In this document: positions 22,840 through 32,543 of the stretch, piece after piece
Numbering within the stretch: the first letter of the stretch is position 1
Layout of the letters: each line of letters opens with the position of its first letter
Assembly: GCA_045661325.1 (NCBI GenBank)
Contig: JAZRFK010000041.1
Span: 15,719-79,718, forward strand
From: Eubacteriales bacterium
GTDB lineage: Bacteria > Bacillota > Clostridia > Oscillospirales > CAG-272
Direction of reading: 5' to 3'
DNA: 64,000 nucleotides
Notes under the pieces: model-generated
What the model was told of the DNA's origin: nothing
The model's database searches: none
What the model saw: only the letters and a program-made list of their open reading frames with translations
Program-made: the position numbers and the translations under genes

Positions 22840-23567
22840 AAGCGATAGTGATAGAAGGATTGACGAAGCGGTATCGTGACGTGGTTGCCGTAAACGGACT
22901 TTCTTTATCCATTGAGGAAGGAGAGCTGTTTTCGCTTCTCGGCGTCAATGGCGCAGGGAAGACCACCGTTATCAAAATGCTTGCCTGTCTTTTGCGAGCA
23001 GACGAGGGCAACGCCTATATAATGGGGCATTCCATTTTAAGCGAGGCGACGGATATAAAAGCCATTATTGGCTATTCCACCCAAGAAACCGCCGTTGCTA
23101 AAAACTTGACGGTTCGCGAAAATTTGGAGTTTTACGGCGCTCTCTATAATTTGAGCAAGGAAGAAATCCTCCAAAGAACGAACGACCTTATTAAGCGCTT
23201 TTCCTTGGAAAAGGTAGAAAATAAGCGAGTCGGCAAGCTGTCCGGCGGTTATCAGCGCAAGGTATCCATAGCCTTGGCGATTATATCCAAGCCTAAGATA
23301 CTCTTTCTTGATGAGCCTACCTTGGGGCTTGACGTGATTGCAAGGCGTGAGCTTTGGGGCATTATTCGTGAAATCAAGAAGGATACCACCGTTATTTTGA
23401 CAACGCATTATATGGAGGAAGCAGAAGCCCTCTCTGATAGAGTAGCCATTATGGTGGAGGGAAGATTGCTTGATGTAGATACTCCGTCCAATCTTTTGGA
23501 AAAAACGGGCACAAACAATTTTGAAGACGCCTTTATCAAAATCGTGGGAGGTGGTAAGGATGCGTAG
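22836..23567 (+). CDS. ABC transporter ATP-binding protein (ABC-2/DrrA-type)
   Basis: It has Walker A GVNGAGKTT, the signature LSGGYQRK and Walker B ILFLDEPTLGLD. It overlaps the TetR stop by 4 nt. Confidence 0.92.
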   Translation: MKAIVIEGLTKRYRDVVAVNGLSLSIEEGELFSLLGVNGAGKTTVIKMLACLLRADEGNAYIMGHSILSEATDIKAIIGYSTQETAVAKNLTVRENLEFYGALYNLSKEEILQRTNDLIKRFSLEKVENKRVGKLSGGYQRKVSIALAIISKPKILFLDEPTLGLDVIARRELWGIIREIKKDTTVILTTHYMEEAEALSDRVAIMVEGRLLDVDTPSNLLEKTGTNNFEDAFIKIVGGGKDA

Positions 23568-24300
23568 AATTTGGAGCTTAACCAAAAGAAACGGGAAAGA
23601 AATTTTAAGAGAGCCCGTCAGCCTTGTATTTTTAATCGGGCTTCCCGTGGCAATGCAAATTCTCTTTTATTATATGTTTCATTCCTTGACCGCCCAGTTT
23701 GAAATGCGGTATCTTGCCCCGGGCCTTGTTGGCTTTGCACACGCTTTTTTGGCGTTGTTCGTCTCTCTTCTTGTGTCTATGGACAGAGAAACGGCCTTCA
23801 TCGCCAGAATTTATACCACTCCCGTTACCGCATACGAGTTTATTTTGGGCTATTTGTTAATAGCAATTCCGATAGGGCTCTGTCAGTCGGCTATCGTTTT
23901 GTTGGCGGGCTGTCTTATTGACCCAACCTTTTTCTCTTGGAGTCTTTTCTTGGTGTTGCCTATCAGCCTCTTGTCCATTTTGCTGTTTGCCTCTCTCGGT
24001 ATTTTGATGGGATCGGTTTTTGGCGCCAAGTCCGTTGGCGGCGTTTCCTCCATTCTCATAACAGGGCAATCCGTTCTGTCGGGAATGTGGTTTCCGATAG
24101 AAGGGCTGTCGGGTGGCTTTGTGAAGCTGATGGAGGCCTTGCCCTTCAAGAACATTTGCCTATTGCTCCAAAGGGTTGCTATGCCCGAAAACGCGGTGAA
24201 TGACTCCTTTATTACGCCAACGCTTATCATTCTGGCGTATATCGTTGTTGCCCTCGTTTTATCCTGTGTATTCTTCATTCGCAACTCAAAAGCGACCTAA
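23560..24300 (+). CDS. ABC-2-type transporter permease
   Basis: The protein is polytopic with about 6 TM helices. ATG 23560 follows the RBS GGAGGTGG and overlaps the ATPase stop. The track ORF starts at 23521. Confidence 0.8.
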   Translation: MRRIWSLTKRNGKEILREPVSLVFLIGLPVAMQILFYYMFHSLTAQFEMRYLAPGLVGFAHAFLALFVSLLVSMDRETAFIARIYTTPVTAYEFILGYLLIAIPIGLCQSAIVLLAGCLIDPTFFSWSLFLVLPISLLSILLFASLGILMGSVFGAKSVGGVSSILITGQSVLSGMWFPIEGLSGGFVKLMEALPFKNICLLLQRVAMPENAVNDSFITPTLIILAYIVVALVLSCVFFIRNSKAT

Positions 24301-24411
24301 AAAAGAAGAGGCTACCTCTGATGAGATAGCCTCTTTTTTACTTAAAAAAACCAAAGCCTCCCGAAACATCGGGAGGCTTTTTGACCCATTGGGTTATATG
24401 GGCTATTTGGT

Positions 24412-24675
24412 TTACGCCATAGCGTTCAGCTTCAAGGTGTAAGCGCTCTTTCTGTGAGCAGCGGTGTTCTTATGAAGAATGCCGTGAGCACAAGCCTGGT
24501 CTACCTTTTTGATAGCCAATCTGTAAGCAGTGGTAGCGGCCTCTTTGTCACCGGATTCAACAGCGGCAAAAAACTTCTTCACAACGGTATGAAGCTGGGA
24601 CTTAATCATCTGATTCTGAAGGGTTTTGGTCTGAATAACCTTGATTCTTTTCTTCGCGGACTTAATATTCGCCAT
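24412..24675 (-). CDS. rpsT: 30S ribosomal protein S20
   Basis: The sequence MANIKSAKKRIKVIQTKTLQNQMIKS... identifies S20. An RBS GAGGAGAA lies upstream. The track ORF extends upstream to 24732. Confidence 0.93.
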   Translation of the reverse strand: MANIKSAKKRIKVIQTKTLQNQMIKSQLHTVVKKFFAAVESGDKEAATTAYRLAIKKVDQACAHGILHKNTAAHRKSAYTLKLNAMA

Positions 24676-25047
24676 TTTTTTCTCCTCTATTGAAGTTGTG
24701 ATATTTGCAGTTGCGCCTGAGAGGGTGCGCAAACTGACATACTATTCATACTCAACCATTATAGCACGCTCTTTTCAAAATAGCAAGCCCTTTTTGAAAA
24801 AAATTTCAAAAAAAATTAAATTTTTCCGTTGGGTGCTTTTTTCTCCATTTTCATTTGCAAAGAGAGGCATTCCTTGTCCTTTTAAAATCATTTTCCACGG
24901 ATAAAATAGGGGAAAACGCTGTGGCATTATCGGTATAAAGTCAAACGGAAAAATTAAATCTGAAGAGCCGTTTTGTAAGGTAACAAGCCTTGACTTCGGC
25001 TTTTTTGTATGCTAAAATATAAGTAGAAAAACGAAGGAGCCATTCAT

Positions 25048-26277
25048 ATGGAAATGCTTTACGGTAACGCTGTCGTTGGACAGTCAGGCGGGCCCTCCTC
25101 CGCCATTAACGCCACGCTTGCGGGCGTCATTCGCGGAGCCTTTTTCGCTAAGGATGTCATTGGCACACTATACGGGATGAAAAACGGTATGGAGGGGCTA
25201 TTGGCCGAAAACCTTGTAAATCTGAACGAGCGAATCAAGAGTGAAGAGGACTTGGAGGCCTTGGCGCTGACGCCGGCCGCCGCCCTTGGTTCTTGCCGCT
25301 TAAAGCTCCCGAATCCCAATAAGGAGCGCGCTATTTTTGATAAGGTGCGTTCTGTTTTTCAAAAATATAATATTCGCTATTTCTTTTATATCGGCGGCAA
25401 CGATTCGATGGATGCCGTTTGTAAGCTGACAGAGTATTTCAAAACGGTTGATTACGAGGTTCGCATTATCGGCGTTCCCAAAACCATTGATAACGATTTG
25501 GCGGGAACGGATCATTCCCCCGGATTTCCCTCTGCTGCCAAGTATGTGGCAACAACGGTGAAGGAAATTGTTTGCGATTGCGCCGTTTACACCGTTCCTG
25601 CCGTTACCATCGTTGAAATTATGGGGCGAGATGCGGGCTGGCTTGCAACGGCCGCCGCCCTGCCTTCCTTGACAGGAAGTGGGCCCGACTATATTTATTT
25701 CCCCGAGCGTCCCTTTTCTCCCTCCGCTTTTTTGGAGAGCCTGCGGCGCGCCTTGGCGCTTCATCCAAACGTGGTTGTCGCCGTCTCGGAGGGGTGCCTC
25801 TTCGAAAACGGAAGATACGTTGGGGAAGGGCAGCAGAATGGACTGTCGGACGTATTCGGGCATCGGTATCTCTCGGGCACAGGTAAGGTTTTGGAAATGC
25901 TCGTAAAGCAGGAGCTGAAATGCAAGTGTCGCTCCATCGAATTGAGCCTTCCCCAGCGCTGTGCGGCACATATGGCCTCTTTGACCGATATAAAGGAGTC
26001 GATTTCGGTGGGAAAAGTGGCGGTCACTTCGGCTATTGACGGTAAAACGGGCGTGATGATGGGCTTTAAGCGAATTTCGGACGAGCCCTATGCCGTTGAA
26101 ATAGAGGCTATACCGGTGCAGGAGGTTGCTAACGTCGTTCGTTTCCTTCCCGATTCCTTTATCAATGAAGCAGGAAACGGCGTAACTGAGGCCTGCCTTA
26201 ACTATCTGAAGCCCCTAATTGCAGGTGAGGTTAAGCCTCTATACGAATACGGTATGCCCAAGCATTTTGTTCTCTGA
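25048..26277 (+). CDS. 6-phosphofructokinase, long PfkA-family form (possibly PPi-dependent)
   Basis: It has GQSGGPSSAINA, IGGNDSMD, PKTIDNDL and MGRDAGWLA motifs. Asp at the GGxDS position is the PPi-type residue, but that assignment is an inference only. The RBS is GAAGGAG. Confidence 0.85.
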   Translation: MEMLYGNAVVGQSGGPSSAINATLAGVIRGAFFAKDVIGTLYGMKNGMEGLLAENLVNLNERIKSEEDLEALALTPAAALGSCRLKLPNPNKERAIFDKVRSVFQKYNIRYFFYIGGNDSMDAVCKLTEYFKTVDYEVRIIGVPKTIDNDLAGTDHSPGFPSAAKYVATTVKEIVCDCAVYTVPAVTIVEIMGRDAGWLATAAALPSLTGSGPDYIYFPERPFSPSAFLESLRRALALHPNVVVAVSEGCLFENGRYVGEGQQNGLSDVFGHRYLSGTGKVLEMLVKQELKCKCRSIELSLPQRCAAHMASLTDIKESISVGKVAVTSAIDGKTGVMMGFKRISDEPYAVEIEAIPVQEVANVVRFLPDSFINEAGNGVTEACLNYLKPLIAGEVKPLYEYGMPKHFVL

Positions 26278-26310
26278 GAAAAGCAAGGGTAAACCAAGCG
26301 ATATATGAAA

Positions 26311-26346
26311 AAGAAGCACGCAAAAGCTTTGCGTGCTTCTTTTATT
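26311..26346. terminator. Bidirectional terminator between pfk and ftsZ
   Basis: A 12-bp perfect stem pairs GAAGCACGCAAA (26313-26324) with TTTGCGTGCTTC (26328-26339). A-rich and T-rich tracts flank it. Confidence 0.8.
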
Positions 26347-26360
26347 GCTTTAAGCGCCGT

Positions 26361-27596
26361 TTAGCGCTTATTGCGGTTGAGAATGTTGATAATAGCGTCA
26401 AAGTCCTGGTCGGAAACGCCGCGGTCGGTGTCAATATCGCCAACGCTACCGTCATCGGTAGGCAGGGGAGGTACGCTTGAGGCGGCAGGGCGAACAGGGG
26501 CGGACACGGGCTCAACGTTGATAACGGGGGCGGCGGGCTGCGGTGCGGGCTGCTGGACAGGTCTTACGGGAACGTAAGGCTTGGGCGTCTCGTGCGGAAC
26601 AGCGGCAGGGGTGATAGTGGGAATCTCGCCCGCTGTCTTTGCGCTTTCAAAGCCGGTGGCAATGATGGTCACGCGCATTTCGTCCTCCAAGGAGGGATCG
26701 AAGGCCGCGCCCCAGATGATGTTGGCATCGGGATGTGCCTCATCAGCAACCATAGAGGAGGCAATGTCAACGTCCTCAAGGCTGATGTCGGGAGAAGCGG
26801 TGATGCTAAGCAGAATGCCCGTAGCGCCTGCAATAGAGGTTTCCAAAAGGGGAGAGGAGATGGCGGCCATAGCGGCAATTTGCGCCTTGTCGGTGCCCTT
26901 TGCGCTACCAACGCCCATGTGAGCGAAGCCGGCATTCTTCATAACCGAGATAACGTCGGCAAAGTCGAGGTTAACGAATCCGGGAACGTTGATAAGCTCG
27001 GAAACGCTCTGCACACCGCGGCGCAAAACGTCGTCGGCAATCTCAAAGGCGTTTGCCATCGTGATGCGGGTGTCAGAAACCTGCTTCAGTCTTTCGTTGG
27101 GAATCACAATCAAGGAATCCACGTGCTGCTGCAAATTCTTGATGCCCTCTTCGGCCTGCATCATACGGCGTCTGCCCTCAAAAGAGAAGGGCTTGGTTAC
27201 GATACCGATGGTGAGTATGTTCATTTCGTGGGCAACCTGCGCGATAACGGGGGCTGCGCCCGTGCCCGTTCCGCCGCCCATGCCTGCGGTGATGAATACC
27301 ATGTCGGTATCCTTAAGCATTTCCTTAATGTCCTCAATGCTTTCCTCGGCAGAGCGTTTTCCCGTTTCAGGGCTTGCGCCTGCGCCGAAGCCACGGGTGA
27401 TTTTCTCGCCAATGGTCAAGCGAATGGAAGCGTTCGAGGTGGAAATAGCCTGTGCGTCGGTATTTACCGTTACAAATTCAACGCCGCGGATATTGGCGGT
27501 AATCATGCGGTTAACGGCGTTTCCACCGCCACCACCGACACCAACGACCTTAATGCGTACACCGCTGGCGAATGCGTTTTCATCTGCGTAATTCAT
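26361..27596 (-). CDS. ftsZ: Cell division protein FtsZ
   Basis: IKVVGVGGGGGNAVNRM and GGGTGTGAAPVIA are tubulin signatures. The protein is 411 aa with a Pro-rich linker. The RBS is GGAGGA. Confidence 0.96.
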   Translation of the reverse strand: MNYADENAFASGVRIKVVGVGGGGGNAVNRMITANIRGVEFVTVNTDAQAISTSNASIRLTIGEKITRGFGAGASPETGKRSAEESIEDIKEMLKDTDMVFITAGMGGGTGTGAAPVIAQVAHEMNILTIGIVTKPFSFEGRRRMMQAEEGIKNLQQHVDSLIVIPNERLKQVSDTRITMANAFEIADDVLRRGVQSVSELINVPGFVNLDFADVISVMKNAGFAHMGVGSAKGTDKAQIAAMAAISSPLLETSIAGATGILLSITASPDISLEDVDIASSMVADEAHPDANIIWGAAFDPSLEDEMRVTIIATGFESAKTAGEIPTITPAAVPHETPKPYVPVRPVQQPAPQPAAPVINVEPVSAPVRPAASSVPPLPTDDGSVGDIDTDRGVSDQDFDAIINILNRNKR

Positions 27597-27759
27597 ACTG
27601 CTTGTCCTCCTGTTTTTTCTGATTTATAAAAGCGAAAAGAGAAAAAAACAGAATTTTTCTCCAAATCATTCTACATATATATGATATATGAAAACGCAAA
27701 AATTTTCAAGTCCTTTTATAAAAACTTAATAAATAGTTAACATTTTGTTCTGCCTGAAA

Positions 27760-27861
27760 TTAAAGCGCTGTTTTTGGCAAAATGAGGGGAGAAAGGAGAA
27801 AAAGAAAAGGCGCGCTTTGGGCAGATAAAAGGGCAAGGAAGCCGCGTTTTTTTCCTTGCAT
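27760..27861 (-). CDS. Possible 33-aa hydrophobic small ORF between murG and ftsZ (speculative)
   Basis: A strong RBS GAAGGAGAA lies 9 nt before the ATG (complement of 27859-27861). The product is MQGKKRGFLALLSAQSAPFLFLLSPLILPKTAL. It is below the ORF-track cutoff and I recognise no homology. Confidence 0.2.
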   Translation of the reverse strand: MQGKKRGFLALLSAQSAPFLFLLSPLILPKTAL

Positions 27862-27881
27862 TTCTCTTTTTCTCCTTCGTT

Positions 27882-28979
27882 TTACAAGGCCAGGGCGCTT
27901 TCCACCTCTGCCAGAAAGAGCGCTTTCGTATCATAAGCGAAAACGGAGGCGGCGGCACTGCCCATTTTCGATAGGCGTGAGGGGCTTCTTCGCAATCCCT
28001 CTATCGTTTGATAGAGCAGATCTCCCGTTAAATCTTTTTCCTCTAAAACGAGTGAAGCCCCCTTTTCTTGCAGATGGAGGGCGTTTTTGCGTTGGTGGTC
28101 GGCCGCAACGTAGGGCGAGGGAATCAGAACGGATGGCTTTTTACAGGCAGAGATTTCTGAAAGAGTCATTGCTCCTGCCCTTGCAATAATGAGATCTGCC
28201 GCCGACATATACAAAGGCATATCGTTAATATAAGGCAGAAGCACCGTTTTGGGAGAGGATAAGGGATATTTGGCGCGCAGCTCGTCATAGTGGCGCGTGC
28301 CGCAGCCGTGTATAAACAAAACGGGCTTATCCTCCTTGGCGTATCGCTCTTGGGCAGATAGACAGGCGTGATTTAGCGCCTCTGCACCAAGACTGCCGCC
28401 AAAGGAAAGCACGAAGAAATCCGAGGGAGAAATAGAAAGGCATTTTCGAGCCCATTGTCTGTCGGTGTTTTGGAAGCCGCGGCGCAAGGGTGCGCCAATA
28501 ACCGAGGCGCGCTCCGGGTGACGAAGATGGGTGGCACAGACCTCAAACTGTAAAAGCACACGCTCAACCAGCCTTTCGCAAAGCTTTACCGTTAAGCCGG
28601 GAGCGGCATTGGATTCGTGAAGAATGGCAGGAACGCCCGCAAGGCGCGCCGCCTTTATCACGGGATAGGAGACATATCCGCCCGTTCCCAAAACCAAATT
28701 GGGAGAAAGCTCCTGTATGATTTTTTTCAATCGGCGGGGCTCTCTCACGGCGAGAAATGCCGAACGCAGATTTTGTATAGAAAGCGAGCGCCGAAGCGAA
28801 GCGGCGCGCACGGGAATGAAGGGAAGGCGAGTCTCGGTAACGAGACGGTGCTCTATTCCGTCTTCCTTTCCCATGAAGTAACATTTTGAGTCGGGATAGC
28901 TATCCAAAAGAAGCTCCGCCATCGCAAGAGCAGGGTTGACGTGTCCGGCGCTTCCGCCGCCCGTTAGCAAGAAAACCAT
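27882..28979 (-). CDS. murG: UDP-N-acetylglucosamine--N-acetylmuramyl-(pentapeptide)-PP-undecaprenol GlcNAc transferase MurG
   Basis: LTGGGSAGHVNPALAMAE is the N-terminal G-loop. The protein is 365 aa and sits in dcw context. Confidence 0.93.
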   Translation of the reverse strand: MVFLLTGGGSAGHVNPALAMAELLLDSYPDSKCYFMGKEDGIEHRLVTETRLPFIPVRAASLRRSLSIQNLRSAFLAVREPRRLKKIIQELSPNLVLGTGGYVSYPVIKAARLAGVPAILHESNAAPGLTVKLCERLVERVLLQFEVCATHLRHPERASVIGAPLRRGFQNTDRQWARKCLSISPSDFFVLSFGGSLGAEALNHACLSAQERYAKEDKPVLFIHGCGTRHYDELRAKYPLSSPKTVLLPYINDMPLYMSAADLIIARAGAMTLSEISACKKPSVLIPSPYVAADHQRKNALHLQEKGASLVLEEKDLTGDLLYQTIEGLRRSPSRLSKMGSAAASVFAYDTKALFLAEVESALAL

Positions 28980-29019
28980 AGTTATAAAAGGGCAGAAGCC
29001 CTATTTCTCCTTTCCTCAA

Positions 29020-30210
29020 TTATATGTAGGCTTCTCTTGAAGAAGAAAGTAAAATGCCCATTTCCGCAAAAAGCATCACCAGAGAAGAGCCTCCGTAGCT
29101 GAAAAACGGCAGGGAAATTCCCGTGTTGGGAATGGTGTTGGTAATAACCGCGATGTTGAGTATAACCTGAATGGCAACCTTGGCGGTAATGCCGAGCGCG
29201 ATTAAGGAAGAGAAAAGATCGGATTGGCGCATCGCAACCTTCATGCCTCTTTTCACGAACAGGGCAAAAAGCAATAAAATTGCAAAGGCGCCGATAAAGC
29301 CCAGCTCCTCACAGGCAATGGTGAAAATAAAGTCGTTTTGCGGCTCGGAAACATACAGATACTTTAAGCGGCTGTTTCCAAGGCCCAAACCGAAAAAGCC
29401 GCCTGACCCTATGGCCAAAAGGCCTTGCAGGGTTTGCCAGCCGCCGTCCTGCGGATATAGCTCGGGGTTGAGCCATATGGTAATTCGTCGCTTGGTATAT
29501 TCAACGGACATCGCGAAAATTCCGACCGCCGTGATGGCGCCACCGCCCATAATGCCTAACGTTTTCAGATTGCTGCCGGCCAAAAACATCATAAAAACGC
29601 CGATTGCCCCCAAAATAATGATGCAGGAGAGATGCTTTTCAAGCGCGACCAGACCGCAAAGGGAAAAGATAAATAAAAGCGGATATACAATGCCGTACAG
29701 AAAGGCGCTCCTTTTGTTTGCGGTGTTTTTAATTTCCTTGGTGTGTTGGGAAAAATACAGGGCAAGCATCAGAACAAGGGCGGTTTTGGCAAGCTCGGAG
29801 GGCTGAAAGGTAAAGCTGCCGATGGCAATCCAGCGCTTCGCGCCTCCTGCCTCAGCACCAAGAAGGGGTACTAAGGCAAGCAAAACGAGTGTCGCGATGA
29901 AAAGCGGCTTGGCTATGCGCGCATAATACGCAATGGGAACGGAGGCGCAAAGCAGCATAGCGGAAAGACCAACCAAAACCCAAAGAATTTGCCGTTCTAC
30001 AAAGTAGTACGGATTGGAAAAACGAATGGAGGCGTAGGCCGTGCTGGCGCTGAAAACCATAACTGAGCCAAAGATAATCAAGAGAAGAATGTAAAGAAAA
30101 AGACCTTTGTCAATGCTCTGCGCGCCCCCCTGCTGAAGTGGGCGAAAAAAGCGCGTGACGGGAGAAGGGGAACGGCTTTTTGTCTTTCTTTGGTGTTTGG
30201 GTGTATTCAC
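29020..30210 (-). CDS. ftsW: FtsW/SpoVE (SEDS-family) peptidoglycan polymerase
   Basis: Polytopic 396-aa protein with SEDS motifs (GGAKRWI, SEPQNDFIF, LPFFSYGGSS). It is in dcw context and uses a GTG start. Confidence 0.9.
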   Translation of the reverse strand: MNTPKHQRKTKSRSPSPVTRFFRPLQQGGAQSIDKGLFLYILLLIIFGSVMVFSASTAYASIRFSNPYYFVERQILWVLVGLSAMLLCASVPIAYYARIAKPLFIATLVLLALVPLLGAEAGGAKRWIAIGSFTFQPSELAKTALVLMLALYFSQHTKEIKNTANKRSAFLYGIVYPLLFIFSLCGLVALEKHLSCIIILGAIGVFMMFLAGSNLKTLGIMGGGAITAVGIFAMSVEYTKRRITIWLNPELYPQDGGWQTLQGLLAIGSGGFFGLGLGNSRLKYLYVSEPQNDFIFTIACEELGFIGAFAILLLFALFVKRGMKVAMRQSDLFSSLIALGITAKVAIQVILNIAVITNTIPNTGISLPFFSYGGSSLVMLFAEMGILLSSSREAYI

Positions 30211-30231
30211 GGGCCTTTGCCTTTCAGAATT

Positions 30232-31215
30232 TTATATTTGTATCAAAAAGCACACGTGTGCAAGCAGTATGGCGCAGAGGGTAAAAAAGGCCATAACGGA
30301 GACGATTTGTGTCTCGCTCCAAGCGGATTTCTCCAAATGATGATGAAAGGGCGCCATTTTAAAAAGGCGCTTTCTTTTAAGCTTGAAATAGCCCACCTGT
30401 AAGACAACGGAAAAGCCCTCAAAAACGTAAACGAGTCCAAAAAACAAAACGATAAAAGGACTGCCCAGTAAAAAAGAGCCGCCAACGGCTAACGCACCGA
30501 AAAAAAGAGAGCCGCTGTCTCCCATAAAGATTTTGGCAGGGTGGCGGTTGTAGGCAAGGAAGCCAAGACCGCAGCCCGTCTCGGCGGCACCGAGAACGGC
30601 AAGAGAGGGAATATCGCAAAAAAGACCCTCAGCGGCAAAAAAGCCGCCAATCAGGGTGGCAATGGCGCTGGCCAAGCCATCAATGCCATCGGTTAAATTG
30701 GCAGAGTTCACAATACCCACCATCACAAAGACGGCAAGCGGATAAAAAGAAAAGCCGAGAGGGATTTCCTGCGAAGAAAAAGGAATGGGCAAAACGGTTG
30801 AAATTGCGCCCTCCATTTTCAGCATAGCCAAGAGAAAGATGGCAGAAACCGTCTGCAAAACAAGCTTTTGCCGTGGGGAAAGGCCTGCATTCTCCCGCTT
30901 TTTCAGCTTTTGTGCATCGTCAAAGACACCGATAAGACCGTTCAAGAGAGCATAAACCAAAATCCATAGGAAAGTCCTCGTTTCCGAGGAGGAAAGAAAA
31001 AGGCATCCAAGGAGGCTTGCCAGAGAAACGGCGAAAAAGAAGGTAACGCCCCCCATGGTTGGCGTTCCCTCCTTGCTTTTGTGCCAGGCAGGGCCGATTT
31101 CTAAAATGGTTTGCCCCATTTTCCTGTCCTTTAAAACGGGTAAAAGTGCGCCAACGCCGAAGAGAGTTGCAAAAAGTGAGAGGAAAAAAAGGAGCAGAAC
31201 GGTAAAAAAAGACAT
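30232..31215 (-). CDS. mraY: Phospho-N-acetylmuramoyl-pentapeptide transferase MraY
   Basis: It has HKSKEGTPTMGG, NLTDGIDGLA and APFHHHLE motifs and is 327 aa. Confidence 0.95.
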   Translation of the reverse strand: MSFFTVLLLFFLSLFATLFGVGALLPVLKDRKMGQTILEIGPAWHKSKEGTPTMGGVTFFFAVSLASLLGCLFLSSSETRTFLWILVYALLNGLIGVFDDAQKLKKRENAGLSPRQKLVLQTVSAIFLLAMLKMEGAISTVLPIPFSSQEIPLGFSFYPLAVFVMVGIVNSANLTDGIDGLASAIATLIGGFFAAEGLFCDIPSLAVLGAAETGCGLGFLAYNRHPAKIFMGDSGSLFFGALAVGGSFLLGSPFIVLFFGLVYVFEGFSVVLQVGYFKLKRKRLFKMAPFHHHLEKSAWSETQIVSVMAFFTLCAILLAHVCFLIQI

Positions 31216-31228
31216 AGTGCGTCTCCCT

Positions 31229-32533
31229 TCAAAAATTTTTGCACAGAGCGTTTACGGCCGCAAAAAGCTTCTCGGCGCGCATTCCGTGAGAGGCCTTAAA
31301 AAGAATCGTATCTCCGCGTGAAACGAAGGACAGCAAAAAGTCCTTTATCGCATCAAGAGTTGGAAAGAGATAGATGCTTTCCGCAGACATTCCACCGCCA
31401 AGTGCGCCGTTTTTTATTGCCTCCGTTTCCTCCCCGTAGTAAAAAAGACAGTCGGCACATCGCGCGGCGTGTCGCGCAACGGCGCGGTGTAAAAGCACGG
31501 AGGCATCGCCAAGCTCCAGCATCGTGCCGAGAACGGCGATTTTTCGGACAGCCTTCATATCGGAAAGCAAATCAAGGGCGGCTATAACCGATTCGGGTGA
31601 GGCGTTGTAGGTATCGTTGATTAGGGTAACGCCCTTAACGGTTGAGATTTGTCGTCGGGTGGGTGTTTTGGCGGCCTCAGAAAGCCCACTGTAAAGCGCA
31701 TCCTCCCGAATCCCCAAAAAGTGTCCGAGCCGATAGGCGAACCCCAGCCCCCAGCGCTCTCCAATATCCTCGGGGAGCGGGAAGTGTTGATTCTTTTCCT
31801 CAAACGGAAGCACGAAATGAAGATTTTTTCTCATAAAGCAGGGAGAAAGCAGCGGTTCACCCATTGGCAGAAAGAGAGGGGCGTCTTTTTTCATTCCCAA
31901 AAGAATTTCCATTTTGGCAGATGCAATTTCCTCTCGGCTGCCAAGCCTGCCTATGTGGGCGTAGCCAACGCTCGTGATGATGGCGATGTCCGGTTCAAGA
32001 GTGCGCGAAAGACGCTCGATTTCACCGCGGCTGTTCATGCCGCACTCCACAATCAGCACCTCGGTCTCATCAGGCATCGATAAGACCGTAAAGGGAACGC
32101 CTAATTGATTGTTGCGGTTTCCCTCCGTTTTGTGTATACGGTAGCTTCCCTTTAATACGGTGGCACATTTCTCCTTTACGGTGGTTTTTCCAACGCTTCC
32201 CGTAATGGCAATTTTTAGGCACGGATGGCCCTTTAAAGCGAGGTGTGCCCATTGTAAAAGCGCATCCTCCACGCTTTTTACCAGAATGTGCGGCAGGTCG
32301 GCCTCTGTTTTTCTTTCTGCCAGAATGGCAACGGCTCCGCGCCTTTCTGCCTCCTTGGCGAAGAGGTGGCCGTCACCTTTGCCTTGCAGAGCACAAAAGA
32401 GGTCTCCTTCTTCAATTTCACGGGAGTCGGTTACCAAGCGAAAAGGGATAACCTCCGCACCCTGCCAATCAGCGCCAAGCTCCTCGGCCAATCGGCGCAA
32501 GGGCCGCCTGCCTATTAAAAGCGGTATAATCAT
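31229..32533 (-). CDS. murF: UDP-MurNAc-tripeptide--D-Ala-D-Ala ligase MurF
   Basis: It has the Mur ligase P-loop ITGSVGKTT. The start is set at MIIPLL (ATG at the complement of 32531-32533, RBS GAAGGAAAC), just after the murE stop. The track ORF runs on to 32668 inside murE. Confidence 0.88.
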   Translation of the reverse strand: MIIPLLIGRRPLRRLAEELGADWQGAEVIPFRLVTDSREIEEGDLFCALQGKGDGHLFAKEAERRGAVAILAERKTEADLPHILVKSVEDALLQWAHLALKGHPCLKIAITGSVGKTTVKEKCATVLKGSYRIHKTEGNRNNQLGVPFTVLSMPDETEVLIVECGMNSRGEIERLSRTLEPDIAIITSVGYAHIGRLGSREEIASAKMEILLGMKKDAPLFLPMGEPLLSPCFMRKNLHFVLPFEEKNQHFPLPEDIGERWGLGFAYRLGHFLGIREDALYSGLSEAAKTPTRRQISTVKGVTLINDTYNASPESVIAALDLLSDMKAVRKIAVLGTMLELGDASVLLHRAVARHAARCADCLFYYGEETEAIKNGALGGGMSAESIYLFPTLDAIKDFLLSFVSRGDTILFKASHGMRAEKLFAAVNALCKNF

Positions 32534-32543
32534 AGCGTTTCCT

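Noticed and set aside
26592-27629. 345-aa and 200-aa plus-strand ORFs opposite ftsZ
   Set aside because: They are antisense to ftsZ, whose tubulin signature motifs are unambiguous. They are shadow ORFs.
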